A DNA stretch of 63,829 nt, filler included, from Octopus bimaculoides (GCF_001194135.2; 9 parts of 7 records of this genome joined end to end with filler, not necessarily neighbours in it), one strand, 5' to 3'. Numbered from the whole stretch's first letter, positions 1-12,972 are shown. A program made the numbers and translations. The notes: generated by a model from the sequence alone, not told the origin.

Positions 1-56
<56 letters not shown>
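1..56. repeat. (TA)n microsatellite
   Basis: Direct reading. Confidence 0.97.
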
Positions 57-331
57 ATAACGGCAAATAATATACTGGGAGAAATAGCGCGGGTAAGACT
101 TTGGACAGTGAGTGTAATGGTATGGTCCATATCACAGGGCTCAGAAGTTAGAGGCTAGCTGCTATTTAATAGAGCATGAAACACGATGTAACTCTCATAG
201 CCTGCGGAAATTACTCCTGGAAATGAGTTTCTTTACCATTCCATACTATTTTCCTACCATTCCATACTATTTCTATTAGGTTGTTTTTATTTTACTTTAT
301 TTTTTTTTACCTTATTTCCCCACATGTTAGT

Positions 332-455
332 CCCTCTGATGAAGCCATGGAGCTCAACCATTGTCCAAACGCTGTCAAGTGTTTGTTGAACCTTTGTAAA
401 ATCCCTGTATATCACTGGCGTGATATGGAAAACATGGTAGAAACGGCTGTAAGAG
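332..455 (+). ncRNA. Penelope-type (type I) hammerhead ribozyme motif, degenerate stem I
   Basis: CTGATGA 336-342; stem II GCCATG(344-349)/CATGGT(433-438); GAAAC-GGCT-GTA 440-451; stem I CCCT/AGAG imperfect. Confidence 0.55.
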
Positions 456-718
456 TTTAGTATTTGTTCACTCATTTATTCTTTGTTTATTTTGTGTATC
501 TATGTATTTACTTATTAATTTGCTAATTTCATTCGTTTGTTTGGATCACTCATACATATAATTGTAACCAGTTAATAAATATGTATAACTGAATGTTTAT
601 AGGATGGTGTTTGTCGATTGTCTATCCTCTCCATTTTCTTATTTGCCTTAGAAATCCTGGGTAAATTTCTGTTTTACCCCCACCCATATCTAGTATTCAG
701 TTGCGATATTGCCCTGCA

Positions 719-749
<31 letters not shown>

Positions 750-895
750 TGTATGTATGTATGTATGTATGTATCTATCTATCTATATACATGTATATAT
801 GTATGTATGTATATATGTTTGTATATATACATATATATGTATGTATATATATATATATATGTATATATATATGTAAGTATGTACATATATGTTTG

Positions 896-942
<47 letters not shown>

Positions 943-1044
943 GTATATATTTATATGTATATATATATGTATATATGTGTGTNNNNNNNNNNNNNNNNNN
1001 NNNNNNNNNNNNNNNNNNNNNNNNNNNNNNNNNNNNNNNNNNNN

Positions 1045-1087
<43 letters not shown>
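719..1087. repeat. (TATG)n/(TA)n compound microsatellite spanning a gap
   Basis: Direct reading; explains ORFs 618-1191. Confidence 0.95.
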
Positions 1088-1089
<2 letters not shown>

Positions 1090-1435
1090 ATAATGATAAA
1101 TGGAGCAAAACGCATATCTTCCCAAAATGTATCACTTCAACTTGGTATACCTACCTGTAAAACGGCTGTGATATCTTGTTTTTTAGTGTAATTTTGCTAC
1201 CTCTGGTAACTATTAACGTATTTAAATTATCGAAAGTTTTAATAGCTGAGATAATATTAATATATACATAAACTAATATATATATATATGTATGTATTAG
1301 ACAAAAATAGATAACAAAGCCAAGGCTGAAAAGATTTTTCAGGATATTTCAATCGCTTTCGGAGTAATAATAATAAAAAGTAACAACAGAAGAATGAGAC
1401 CTTGATATTTGATGAATAGAGGATTAGTTATATAT

Positions 1436-1583
1436 GTTATAATTTAGGGCAAACAGTAGAAGGCTGTCATAGTACTCGGAATTTCGAATGTCGAGGCCGA
1501 CGAGAATGTATCGTAGCTACTCGCCCCGACATTCGAAACTCCGTGTACTATAATGACAAACTTTTACTGTTCTAAATTATAAC
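1436..1583. mobile_element. Fold-back (palindromic) MITE-like element
   Basis: Arms GTTATAATTTAG/CTAAATTATAAC, AACAGTAGAAG/CTTTTACTGTT, TGTCAT/ATGACA, TTTCGAATGTCG/CGACATTCGAAA. Confidence 0.7.
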
Positions 1584-1896
1584 ACACACACACACACACA
1601 TGCAATTTAAACTGTAAGTTGTTCGACAAAGGACCAGTATTTAGAACAATATGTATATTGCCGTTCGTGTTACTGCCTATATATCTTTTGTTTCGAATTC
1701 AGTGTTTGGGTGTCTCACAGCGAAAATGTAGTAAATAAAACAAAACACAAGAGATTGTCTATAACTGCTTACACCATCTTACGTGTAACTAAAATGTGAG
1801 ATGTATTCTGGCTGCGTCGCTTGAAGAAAAAGAATTAAAAAATGATGGAGATAAGAGAGTCATAGAATAAACTATTAGGTGTAAAATAATAATGGC

Positions 1897-2065
1897 ATCA
1901 AATTTTGGGACAAGGCTAGCAATTTTGTGGGGCGGTATTACTTGACTAGTATCTTATTTTATCGGCCCTAGAGGGATGAAAAGCAAAGTTGTCCCCTATG
2001 GAATTTGAACTCATAAATAAAGTTGAGTTGGAAGACATTTTATTTGACGCTCTAACGAATGCGTA
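1897..2065 (-). mobile_element. SINE family A (tRNA-derived), degenerate
   Basis: Reverse complement matches the TGAGTTCAAATTCC...CTTTGCTTTTCATCC...GATAAAATAAG core of the young copies at 18071 and 59021. Confidence 0.75.
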
Positions 2066-3614
2066 TGCCCAATAAAATATTAAGTTACGGACAGTTAAAA
2101 TGAGGGTTGGGTTGTGAGGGGAATAATACTTCGCTCGAATTTAGAAGACATAATTAAATGAAAAGGAAAAGGTAAGATTAAATTTTTGGAATAAATGTTT
2201 ACAATAGAGAATGGAACGTTGAATTCGTCGATACGAGAGAAATATAGTTAACTGAGATAAATATAATTAAATGTCAGTGTTAATTACTTATTTTTGAATT
2301 AGTGTTCTAATAATATTAGAGTTCAGACAGTCTGTGTAATTTTTGGTATTAGGAAGTGATTCTAGAAAGTATACAGGGTATCGAATTATGCAGTCGGGTA
2401 AAACAAAAGACTTAGCTAATGAGGTTTGGCAATTTAGTGTAGAGATTAGATGAGATTAGATTAGCGGGGTAAATAAATAAAAAAAAAACAGAGGAAAACT
2501 TAGTGAGTTGAGAAATTTGAATGACGACTGTTGGTGCTACCACCTACAGTTGCTTTCGGAGTAAGAGAAGGTGTTAGAAAAGGTTTACTAAGAACTAAAA
2601 CAGAGGGTAAAGTTTCGCTTGAAGAGGAGAGAATCGCGCGCGCGCACACACACACACACACACACAAGAATAAATCCAAGTCTTGATTGAAAAGTTAATG
2701 TTGCGAATGCGGGTTAAATATATATAAATTTAATTGCAACTGTTGTACTTCAGTTGTAATGAAATTTATGTTATCGGCCTTTTATAGTTTTCGGTCTTCA
2801 AATTTTTCTCAAATGACATTGGGCAGCTCGAAACTGTAGTTACATCCGATCGAATCACGTACTTGCAAAGCGAACTTCTAAGCCATATCCGTAAATGATT
2901 CTGATTGATGCACTTAGTTATGTTTGCAAGCAGCAGCAGTAGCAGCAACCGAAGCTGCTGCAATTACAGCAATAACATCAATGGCAATAAAACATCAAAA
3001 CATTCACAAAGATTAAAAAAAAGTCTTTAAATGTACTTTATTATTCATACTACTGCATCACGATTCTTTTTTATAATGCCATTTTTAATACTTTCTAATT
3101 ACAATGTGATGACTATTCTGTCATTACGTTTTAAGCACACGCCTGTGTGTATCTGTGTATGCTATAGATCAAGGTTATCTACTATTTATGGAACAGTTCA
3201 ATGATTTATTGACAAGTTCATACAGTTCTTTGCACTTGAAATAATGCGTTTATACTTCGTCCAATATATTTGCCATTGGAACGTTTAAGCTTCAAGTTGA
3301 TGATGGATAAGGCTGCAAAAATGACGCACCCACTGATTATCAGAACTAGTAAAACGCCCAGCAATTCATCAATTCCTTGTGATCGAAATTCAAACATCGT
3401 TTCTGTAAATAAAGAAAGGAAAATAATACAGCAAAAAGAAGTACTTCCAAATAATAAGTTTAACGATTTCTCATATTTTAGGGGAGGAAGTAATCGACAA
3501 AAACGGAAAACAATAATTGAATGGAGCTTATTTTAAACATCACGGAAGGATTACAGGCACATTCTATCTCAATCAGAGACCCAAACTTAGAACGTAAAGC
3601 GACATAACTGAATA

Positions 3615-3827
3615 CTGTTTTCGAGTTTTGGCAAGGCCAGCAAGTTCGGGAGAGGGGTAGGTCAATTACATCGACCCCAGTGTTTCACTGGTGTTTATTT
3701 TATCGACCCTGAAAGGATGAAAAGCAAACTCGATCTCTTCTGAATTTGAGGTCAGAATATAAAGACGGACGAATTGCCGGTAAGCATTTTGCCCGGCGTG
3801 CTAACGATTCAACTAACTCGCCACCTT
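3615..3827 (-). mobile_element. SINE family A, near full length
   Basis: Head AAGGTGGCGAGTTAGTTGAATCGTTAGCACGCCGGGCAAAATGC and central core on minus strand. Confidence 0.85.
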
Positions 3828-4016
3828 ACATAAATAAATATATCGATGCGTTTTGATCTTGGTTCTGTCGAGTGAAAGCAATGAGTCGGGGAAAAGCTCA
3901 TAATTTTCCATATTTGATTAAATAAAACAAGATTTACACACATGCACACGCACACATGCACACACTCACATATGTATTATGTATATATATAACCTTACAG
4001 GATTACATTTTCATCC

Positions 4017-4334
4017 AGGGGAGGCCAACATGTTGATTAAGACAGTTGAGTATTGGTCTAAAATGTATATTTTGGTGATGCAAATTTACGTCTCAAGCAC
4101 GGATAAACAAAATGTAAAAACCAGCGGAAACCATGTGCATTCTGAGCTCAAAACTTGCCACTGTAAACTTTTCTTTTCCAGTAACACATATTTGATACTC
4201 GTCATTGCATCTCTTCTCTGGACTAATTAGGAGATGCTTTTTAATATTAGACCAATATAGATGGTTGGTATAGCAAGCAGTAAGCTTCGTTTTCAACTTC
4301 CAGGTGAAACTAACTCGCATGATGGACGCCCCTT
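4017..4334. mobile_element. Degenerate mariner-like MITE
   Basis: Imperfect TIR AGGGGAGGCCAACATG vs rc AGGGGCGTCCATCATG; internal IR ATTGGTCTAA/TTAGACCAAT. Confidence 0.35.
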
Positions 4335-4514
4335 AAACATTGGGTAAAAAGCCAGACGTGAATCGCAAACGAGTATGGTTTGGTAGCATGTAGCATGCTT
4401 ACAGTAATTATTTTCTTTAGATTACTAAGTTGTTGTAAATAAAAAGAGACCACCTCACAATTCTCCCATTTTTTGACCCAGTGGTATATTCAGGATGTGA
4501 CAGTTGGAAACAGG

Positions 4515-4518
<4 letters not shown>

Positions 4519-4556
<38 letters not shown>

Positions 4557-4600
4557 GAAAGGAGAGAGTGAGAGAAAGTGAGAGAGAGAAAGAGAAAGAG
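4519..4600. repeat. (GA)n microsatellite
   Basis: Direct reading. Confidence 0.9.
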
Positions 4601-4699
4601 CGTATTGCACCATTATTCATCTGGTAGTAATTTTGGGCTGAGTAATCTAGAGCAGCGTGAAATGAAGTGCCCATGTTAACGACACAACTCAGCGTCCGG

Positions 4700-5931
4700 T
4701 CTTATTAGTTCGTTCATTTGGTTGCATTAGAATCGTGAAATATTGCAGCAAACTTCCCACTCATATGAACGTTAAACTGATTCTAGAGTTTCTTCAAGTA
4801 TCAATTAGTTGGTTTTTATGTAAGTTATGCTGTTACTTCGTCCATGTCAACTTTGTTCAGGCAGATCTATGATCAAAAGTACTCTATTCGTGTTCCCTAT
4901 GTCTTTTACGAGACATATCTATTTAGAATTACACCAGCCAATGTGGTCATTAAACATTTAGATAGATCCAGAATCTCTAATGATTTAAAAGAGGTTTGAT
5001 TTATAAGTGGGAAAGAGATCTAGGCCCTGGAGTATCTGCCAGGATGCGTTTTGATGGTTAAATTACTGGTTGTAAAAGCTGGAATTCGGTTTTTCTATCT
5101 GCACCACTACTGTGTAATAAGTCGTCGTAGACAATAGCTTCATGTCCTCAATACGGGAACAGATATGGCTGGAGAGTTGTTGGCGGTTGGAGCTGCTGGG
5201 AAAAGGAATGGCGAAGAGAGATTTTGAACCAGAGTAACAAGTCCTTTTTGATATCCAAGCGTGAGAGGATAGCGCGATACGAGTGGAATCTATACATGTA
5301 CTTAAAGACGTTACCTTTCAAAGTGAATGCAGCCAGGAATACAGTGAGGGGACTAGAGTGAAAGGTGAGAAATTGTGACGCGGTGTAGAACAAAGTGAGT
5401 CTTTCTCCTCTTGCTTGGAAGTAATAAGTGGAGTCGAGATTAGATCTGAAACTCCAGCTTTCGGGAAAGTGGAAGAAGATTTTCCCGGCAGATTTAGTGT
5501 TATTCTTTGATTGAAACGTGTAGAGAATATCAGCAATCCTTGTAATCATGATAATTCTTTTCTGAGAGCAGGGACAGAATGCATGCAACATAAAGATGCA
5601 CGCTAAATGAATCCATGGGCAAGTAAGAAGCAACACTCTTGAAAAATGCGTAATTAGAATCCATGTTAGGTTTGAAAAATCAAACCTTAAAGAATTATAT
5701 TTGAAAACCCAGTGGGCAAACAGGAATAATTTTTGTAAAGCTGAATCACGTTAACAAACAAAACTATAGAATTGAACAAAATAAATGACTCATGTTAATT
5801 CAAAGAACTGTTATTTCTTTCAATTGGATTGGTAGTTACTTCTTCAAAGTCCAATGTCTATAAGACAGTTCTTTAGCAGAACAAAGGATTAACCTAAAGG
5901 AACAAACGCCTTTGACACATATGCATGACAT
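4700..5931 (-). pseudogene. Decayed leucine-rich-repeat protein gene (LRRNT plus LRRs; possibly Toll-like)
   Basis: Hand translation: acceptor TATTTTCAG then MSCICVKGVCSFRLILCSAKELSY..*LPIQLKEITVL; later LPTGFSN, LSRKLEF, KGLVTLVQNLSS, SFKSLEILDLSKCLMTTL, YLKKL; many stops and frameshifts. Confidence 0.5.
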
Positions 5932-7039
5932 CTGAAAATAATAAATTCAGTGTAGAAGGCAAATTTGTTATATTTCCTATTTTATGTTGCTTTATCGATT
6001 TTTACAGATGGCGTGTGAAATTTGTACATAAAAATGCTAATCATTTGAAAAAAAAAGCATAAATCTTTGAATAATGAATCCATAATGATACTATGAGGTT
6101 AAATCATTTTATAAGATACAAGCTTAAAGGTCTTTACTAGCCTACTTTTCGTCCTCAAGTTAAACTGTATTTAGCTTTCTCATTTTCATTCATCAGTAAA
6201 AACTAACCAACACATACAAAAATTAATTCTTTTTGTCCGTTAATTCAAGGGTGTGTCCTCCACAGATGTACTTTTACAAATGTTTAACAAGTTGCCACAA
6301 AAATCCTCTGATACACCATTTTAATGAAAAATTTCAACAACAAACGCACGGTATTCGGTGGTTCAATCCATAGTGGTAACTAAAACAAAGGAGAGTAAAC
6401 GATTAGCTGCATAAAGACACCATTATCACTTGCCTAACTTTACTAGAACCACACCAATGGATGTACGGAATACAGGAGATTTTTTCTGCTGCATCCTGTA
6501 CTGACATAAATCCTGTTCAACCAATAAATGCCTTCATTTACATTCTCCATTGGATGTGGAGAAAGTCAAGGAGACTCACTAGTGCGCAATCATTCAAAGG
6601 AACGTGAAGAAAAATCTAAGACATGATGATAGTCTTTTTAATTTGTTATTTTATCTGGAGTAATTATTTTGTGGGATAAAGTGTATATGTCATTACTCTA
6701 TCATCATATCGTTTCAAGAAGAAAAAGAACAGCGTCTATAGCATTTGTAGACCTGTTTAATTAGTTGATTTATGTAGAGAAAACGTGAGCAGAGAATGGT
6801 TTCCGGAGAGGAAGGACTGAGATAATGTTTAGTATGTGGTTCATGAGTAAGATGCATAAGAAAAGGAAAGAAAAAAAATATGTGATCTCATCTTGTGAGT
6901 GAATTTGGTCGACGGAAACTGTGGAAACCCAACGTGTATGTATATATATATTAATGTAACCCTGTACTCTTCAAAGGTAGCTGTTATGGAATGAAATATG
7001 GCGACTACACGCGCGCGCACACACGCACACTAAATTTTA

Positions 7040-7720
7040 TTTTTATACAACATATTTTTTATAAACAATCACCCATATTGCTCCATGATAGATTTTCCCC
7101 TGTATTAACATCCTAAGTTTCTTAGCGTCTTGCCCCTTTAACTGGTAATTAACATCATGATTTAGAGACTTTCCCTTCCCAGCCTCCTTTTACAGACAGT
7201 TACTTTATATCCAATTGACTACTCCCCATGTCTTCTTTCCTTCCTGAGGAGAAGGGATACATATGACAATATTTACGACCATATCTAGCCATGAGCTGTC
7301 AACTCACTCTTGCCCTTTATTCTAAACAGACACAGTCCTCTAGTCTTAGATTTAGTAGTTGATGAAGAGATAAATGAATTAGAAATGAATCACAATTCTT
7401 TACAAGCTATGACCCCAATGGGCTTCATGCGATTCTTGGAAGTGTAGTCTATTCTTAGCTACAATAGCGACAACATGAATTTCTTCCATCTTCTTGCTCT
7501 GTTAAAATATTTGAGAAAAAATTATATTAATGTGTCCAACTGGTTAAAATTCTATTTATCTATATGTGCAGCTGATGATGACACTACATTTAAATTGATG
7601 TAAAGATTGCATTGTTCAATTAAATAGAGCCGCTTGAAACGGTCGTACCGCATCACTACTTGATATCCTGTTGTTATTTTGATTTTATTCCCCTTACTTC
7701 GAGCTGTACGGATAATACCG
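7040..7720 (+). mobile_element. Penelope-like element 3' remnant
   Basis: LQAMTPMGF resembles the GIY-YIG C-terminal LxTxxPxGLN motif; followed by hammerhead; 3' part homologous to 61500-61730. Confidence 0.6.
7567..7652 (+). ncRNA. Penelope-type hammerhead ribozyme motif
   Basis: TGCAG-CTGATGA(7572-7578)...GAAAC-GGTC-GTA(7636-7647)-CCGCA; stem I 4 of 5 pairs. Confidence 0.65.
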
Positions 7721-7800
7721 GACTGACTTGGTGCTTCAACTTAAGTACCTAATTCAACTGAATCTCAATTATTTCTTATATATATATATATATATACATA

Positions 7801-7895
7801 TGCGATGGACTGGCATCCCATCCAGCTGGGGGGAACACATACGCCATAAAAAACTGGGAAAACCGGGCCCATGAGCCTGGCTATGCTTTAAATGG
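7801..7895 (+). mobile_element. SINE 3' part with V-domain-like sequence
   Basis: TGCGATGGACTGGCATCCCATCCAG matches the V-SINE conserved block as I recall it. Confidence 0.6.
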
Positions 7896-7959
7896 ACGTG
7901 TAAGAATATATATATATATATACTCGAATGCATGTGTACATCTGTGTATGTATGTCTTT

Positions 7960-8165
7960 GTGTCTGTGTTTGTCCCCCATGCCACTGATTGACAACCGGT
8001 ATTGATTTGTTTATGTCTCCGTAATCTAGTGATTCAGCAAAAAAGATCGCTAGCATAAGCACGAAACTTCTTAAAGAGAGTTTTGGTCGATTTGCTCGGC
8101 TAAACTCTTAAAGGCGGACCCCCTGTATGACCACGTCCCATGACAGAAACAAGTAAAAGATAAAA
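7960..8165 (+). mobile_element. SINE family B, 3' half
   Basis: TGTTTGTCCCCC..TTGACAACCG...GGTCGATTTGCTCGGCTAAA...GAAACAAGTAAAAGA shared with 11012-11805 and 55748-56125. Confidence 0.8.
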
Positions 8166-8644
8166 CATAAAATATAAACGATACAAAGTTTGAAAGCTTA
8201 AGTTGCTTAAAAAGTCGAGCAGGTAGAGTTTTCTAGTTGTACCTTGATGTGTATTGTGACTGTCTTCTAACTGATAAATGGGGTTATATTATCCTCTATT
8301 CCCCATATGTCACGTTCAACAAGATTTTTGTTCATTGAAGCAGTTTATGTGAATCTAGTTTGTGTGCGAACGACGACTATGATAGACAATTTATAGAGGA
8401 TTGTAGACTGTTCTCATCTATACAGGAACGTATGTATGTGTGAAAGTATGTGTTTTTGTGTGAGCGCTTAGCGTGGGTAATGGGAACAACGAATAGGGTG
8501 TTAATAATAATTGGAAGAGTTTAGTTGACATATACACAGCAAGCTATATATCAGAGAAAGCCTTATCAATGCAGGACAGCTTTAAGTTAGACAGAAAATT
8601 TCTGATTCAAGTGATGAGAGACAAGTAGAATACAAATGCAAGAA

Positions 8645-8854
8645 ATTTAGCTTTAGATTACTCGCCAAATGTAATGCTTGTTTATTCACATTATTTTGAG
8701 TTAATCATGCATTTTCTCGTGGCTTAATGATTTTGATGATGTGATTATTTATTTCGAAAAAGACATTGCAGGGTCGGTGTTAAAGGCCGGATCTGGTCAT
8801 TTTGAACATAAAAATGGTAGAACATTAAGGCTACTTTAAATGCTAAGGAGTTAA
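8645..8854. mobile_element. piggyBac-like MITE (TTAA-ended), degenerate
   Basis: Ends AAATGCTAAGGAGTTAA with partial left arm TTTAGCTTT. Confidence 0.4.
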
Positions 8855-9103
8855 ATTACTTATAAAACTCAGCAGGAGGCTTGCCTTGATATAAAGATGA
8901 AGGCATTACCTTTGAAGAAATTCTCAAGTACAAGAGACCACTGGAGTGTGAAAAGGGTACCTTATAACATCGAATAGGAAAATGAATAAATAAAAATGTA
9001 CATATGCTAATTTGATTTATTATACAACCATTCATTGATATTTATAACTATTAATTATGGCATCCCAAATGGAGAAAGATGAGAATGTGTATCTAGTATT
9101 TCA

Positions 9104-9247
9104 TATTCTGAGTTCAAATTCTACCGAGGTCGACTTTGCCTTTCATCATTTTAGGATCAATAAAATAAGTACCAACTGAATGCTGATGTAATCGACTTAG
9201 ACCCTTCCCTGAACTTGCTAGCCTTGTGTCAAAATTTGAAATCAATA
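9104..9247 (+). mobile_element. SINE family A, 5'-truncated
   Basis: TTCTGAGTTCAAATTCTACCGAGGTCGACTTTGCCTTTCATC core. Confidence 0.85.
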
Positions 9248-9720
9248 TGTATTTACTGTTATTTCAAAAATAATATCTTGACCGTCATATAACAGTTAAC
9301 TTTAGAAGTATATATTAGCCGGCATGGATATCAGAAAATATAGCATACATACAATCATTATCAATTTACTTTTATCAAAGTTTTTGGTGCTTATAGAAAA
9401 TGATGAAATGATTACTAATTTTAAAAAAGAAAAATATTTATTATCTTTAAATAAAATCATATCAAATAAACTTCTTATATGCATGTTTGCAATAAATGTT
9501 TAATATTTTTCTAAATTCTATCAACGTAATCGCAAGCTACTCCATCGAAAATTTAATTAAAAGAAGTACAGTTTTTCAGGAAGTAACCATTGCCTACCAC
9601 CAAGCCTCGAATAGGCAATCCTTTTGCCCCTCTTATATAACTATTTCTGTATCTCTCTTTTTACTCCATATCTCTACCTCTCTGTATACATTGTAAAATA
9701 TGACTAGAGAACAACGCAAC

Positions 9721-9723
9721 CAA

Positions 9724-9762
<39 letters not shown>

Positions 9763-9869
9763 NNNNNNNNNNNNNNNNNNNNNNNNNNNNNNNNNNNNNN
9801 NNNNNNNNNNNNNNNNNNNNNNNNNNNNNNNNNNNNNNNNNNNNNNNNNNNNNNNNNNNNNNNNNNNNN

Positions 9870-9928
<59 letters not shown>
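9721..9928. repeat. (CCAG)n microsatellite spanning a gap
   Basis: Direct reading. Confidence 0.95.
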
Positions 9929-11011
9929 GATATCTATATTTGCTCTATACAGGCTATCATTATATAAATCCTTTGTTTACACTTTTCAGCAGAGAGCTTG
10001 ACAATTGAACTCGTGCGATTCGACCGAGTTGAGTCATATCAATTATTACATTGTTCGAATTGCATGTTCTCTGGCTAGATTACATATAATCTATACATAT
10101 CATATTTTTATAATTTACTGGTATGTAATTGAGAATCATTTCACACAGTTGTTATATATATATATTACACACAATAATTATGTTACTACAATCGCTGGTT
10201 AATTGAATTAATCACTTCAGTTGATATCTTTTTCCAGATTAGAAACACATGTTGGTTTTTAAGTACATAATAAGTTTATTCTCTGGTGTATTTTAAAGGT
10301 AGTTTATGCGACGATCAACCGATCACACCATTCATGAAATACATTAAATCACATCACATTCATATAATACGTTATAGGACAGAAATATTGGCATAATTTG
10401 AAAACCAAGATTATATTAGAAACCAATATTAATTGGCTGTGAAAATAATAATTTATCTTTTAAACATGCAATTTTTAAACGGTTTAAAACAATAAGTAAA
10501 TTCCTAAATCGAATTTCGATTCTGCAATAATTGCTAATCATTATATATCTAATGAGGATAATGGTGATGATGTTGAAGATAATGACGGGGATAAGTAAGG
10601 TAATGGCGATGATAGTGATTATGGTAGTAGTGGAGGTGATAATACTGATGGTGATGATGAATTATGTAAAGGTGGAATCGTCATAAACTTGATAAATATT
10701 TTCGGAAAGACAGTGTTAATTCTTGTACAACAGACGACAAAGTTGCTGAAAAACCACAGCAAAGCAATTTCGATTCCCAGTTGAAGCAATTTCACTTCAC
10801 TTACATTGCGAGCATAAAGGTTTATATATATCGTTTTTTCTCCATTTTCTTCCCTCTCAATCCTATTTGTCGAAGAGCATAGGCTCAAAATGCCAAAGAC
10901 TTTTCAATTCTTCTCGAGCGTCAAACTAATACACCTGCTTGTTGTTCCTTCACCTGTCTTTGTCTTTTGTTTTCTATAAATTTGAACTACACAGACACAC
11001 AGACACACACA

Positions 11012-11171
11012 GATGTAGGTATGTTTGTGTGGTTAAGAAACTCACTTTGCAACCACATGGTTTCGGGTTCAGTTCTATTGCGCGGCTACTTGGGCAAGTG
11101 TTTTCTATATAGTCCTGGATCGACCAAAGACTTAAAAACAGAAACTGTGTGGAAGCCTGCCGTACATGTAT

Positions 11172-11211
<40 letters not shown>

Positions 11212-11805
11212 ATGCTGCAGGTTTNNNNNNNNNNNNNNNNNNNNNNNNNNNNNNNNNNNNNNNNNNNNNNNNNNNNNNNNNNNNNNNNNNNNNNNNNNNN
11301 NNNNNNNNNNNNNNNNNNNNNNNNNNNNNNNNNNNNNNNNNNNNNNNNNNNNNNNNNNNNNNNNNNNNNNNNNNNNNNNNNNNNNNNNNNNNNNNNNNNN
11401 NNNNNNNNNNNNNNNNNNNNNNNNNNNNNNNNNNNNNNNNNNNNNNNNNNNNNNNNNNNNNNNNNNNNNNNNNNNNNNNNNNNNNNNNNNNNNNNNNNNN
11501 NNNNNNNNNNNNNNNNNNNNNNATATATATATATATATATATACACACGTATATGTATGCATGAATGTGTATGTATACGTACGCGTGTATGTGATGTTTG
11601 TGTCTGTGTTTCTCCACCCACGCCATTTGACAACCGATGCTACTTTGTTTACGTCCTTGTTACTTAACAGTCGGAAGAAAAAGACCGGTAGAATAAGTAC
11701 CAAAGTTAAAAAATACGTGCAATACTAGATTTGTTCGACTAAACCCTTCAAAGAGGTGTTCCAGCATGGCCATGGTACAGTGGCTGAAACAAGTAAAAAA
11801 AAAAG
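11012..11805 (+). mobile_element. SINE family B (tRNA head, CORE-like block, internal microsatellite), full length across a gap
   Basis: GTGGTTAAGAA..AACCACATGGTTTCGGGTTCAG..CTTGGGCAAGTG; tail CCAGCATGGCC..GAAACAAGTAAAA. Confidence 0.85.
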
Positions 11806-12191
11806 ACACTTCGCTTCCTACAAATTTGATACTCTTGTTCTCAGTCATCAGAAAACATGAAAACATCATTTCTGAAACCTTATAGTCAGAATGTGAGGCT
11901 GTGTCAAGTCTTCTTATTCACGATCCAGTTTATTCTGTTCCTTGCGAAAGGAAATGATTAAGAAAAAGAAAAAGAAAAAAAAAATTGAAGAAACCCATTT
12001 CTTCCTATTCTATAGTTCTTAGATCCATGATATTCTGAAAAATAGAAATGAATGTCATATCGTATGACATTTTGTTCGGAAACAAAAATGAAACCAGATT
12101 GTTTTTAATATCAGCTTTGATAATTCCAACCTAAACCAACTTGACGTATGAATTCATTCCGTCTTTAACCACACAGACACACACACACACA

Positions 12192-12233
<42 letters not shown>

Positions 12234-12333
12234 NNNNNNNNNNNNNNNNNNNNNNNNNNNNNNNNNNNNNNNNNNNNTTAATTAATTAANNNNNNNNNNN
12301 NNNNNNNNNNNNNNNNNNNNNNNNNNNNNNNNN
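12234..12333. other. Assembly gap marker (44 N + TTAATTAATTAA + 44 N); also at 24641, 28523, 30924, 52618, 54534, 59945 and 62302
   Basis: Identical 12-mer with stops in all six frames, always centred in an N run; 100 bp total at this copy. Confidence 0.95.
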
Positions 12334-12409
<76 letters not shown>

Positions 12410-12922
12410 TTCTCTTTCCATCTCTTCGATTGATACTCAAGTATTTTGAGATAGGAAATAAAGTAATGGTTTATTGTTTCCGGTAACACAAGTATCTGCT
12501 GAGCTTGAGGGCAAAAGTAACAATGAAATACTACTACTACTAGTAGTAGTACTACTATTACTACTAATACTGCTACTACTAATACTACTACTACTACTAT
12601 TACTACTATTATAACCGACAACATTAATAATAGTGATACCAAGCAGAGAAAGAAGGAGAAGAAGAAGAAGAAGAAGTAGAAGAGGAGGAGGAGGAGGAGA
12701 AGAANNNNNNNNNNGAAGAAGAAGAAGAAGAAGAAGAAGAAGAAGAAGAAGAGGAGGAGGAGGAGAAGAAGAAGAAGAAGAAGAAGAAGAAGAAGAAGAA
12801 GAAGAAGAAGAAGAAGAACAAGAAGAGGAAAATAAGATCGAGAACAAGATAAGGAAAACGAATATGGCGATGGCTAAATGTACAAGAAACTCAAGTAGGA
12901 TGGTGGCAGAAGCAGCAGCAAC

Positions 12923-12972
<50 letters not shown>

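Noticed and set aside
10866-10897. Hammerhead-like TCGAAGA-GCATAGGCTC-AAAA
   Set aside because: Both core blocks mutated; at best a dead relic
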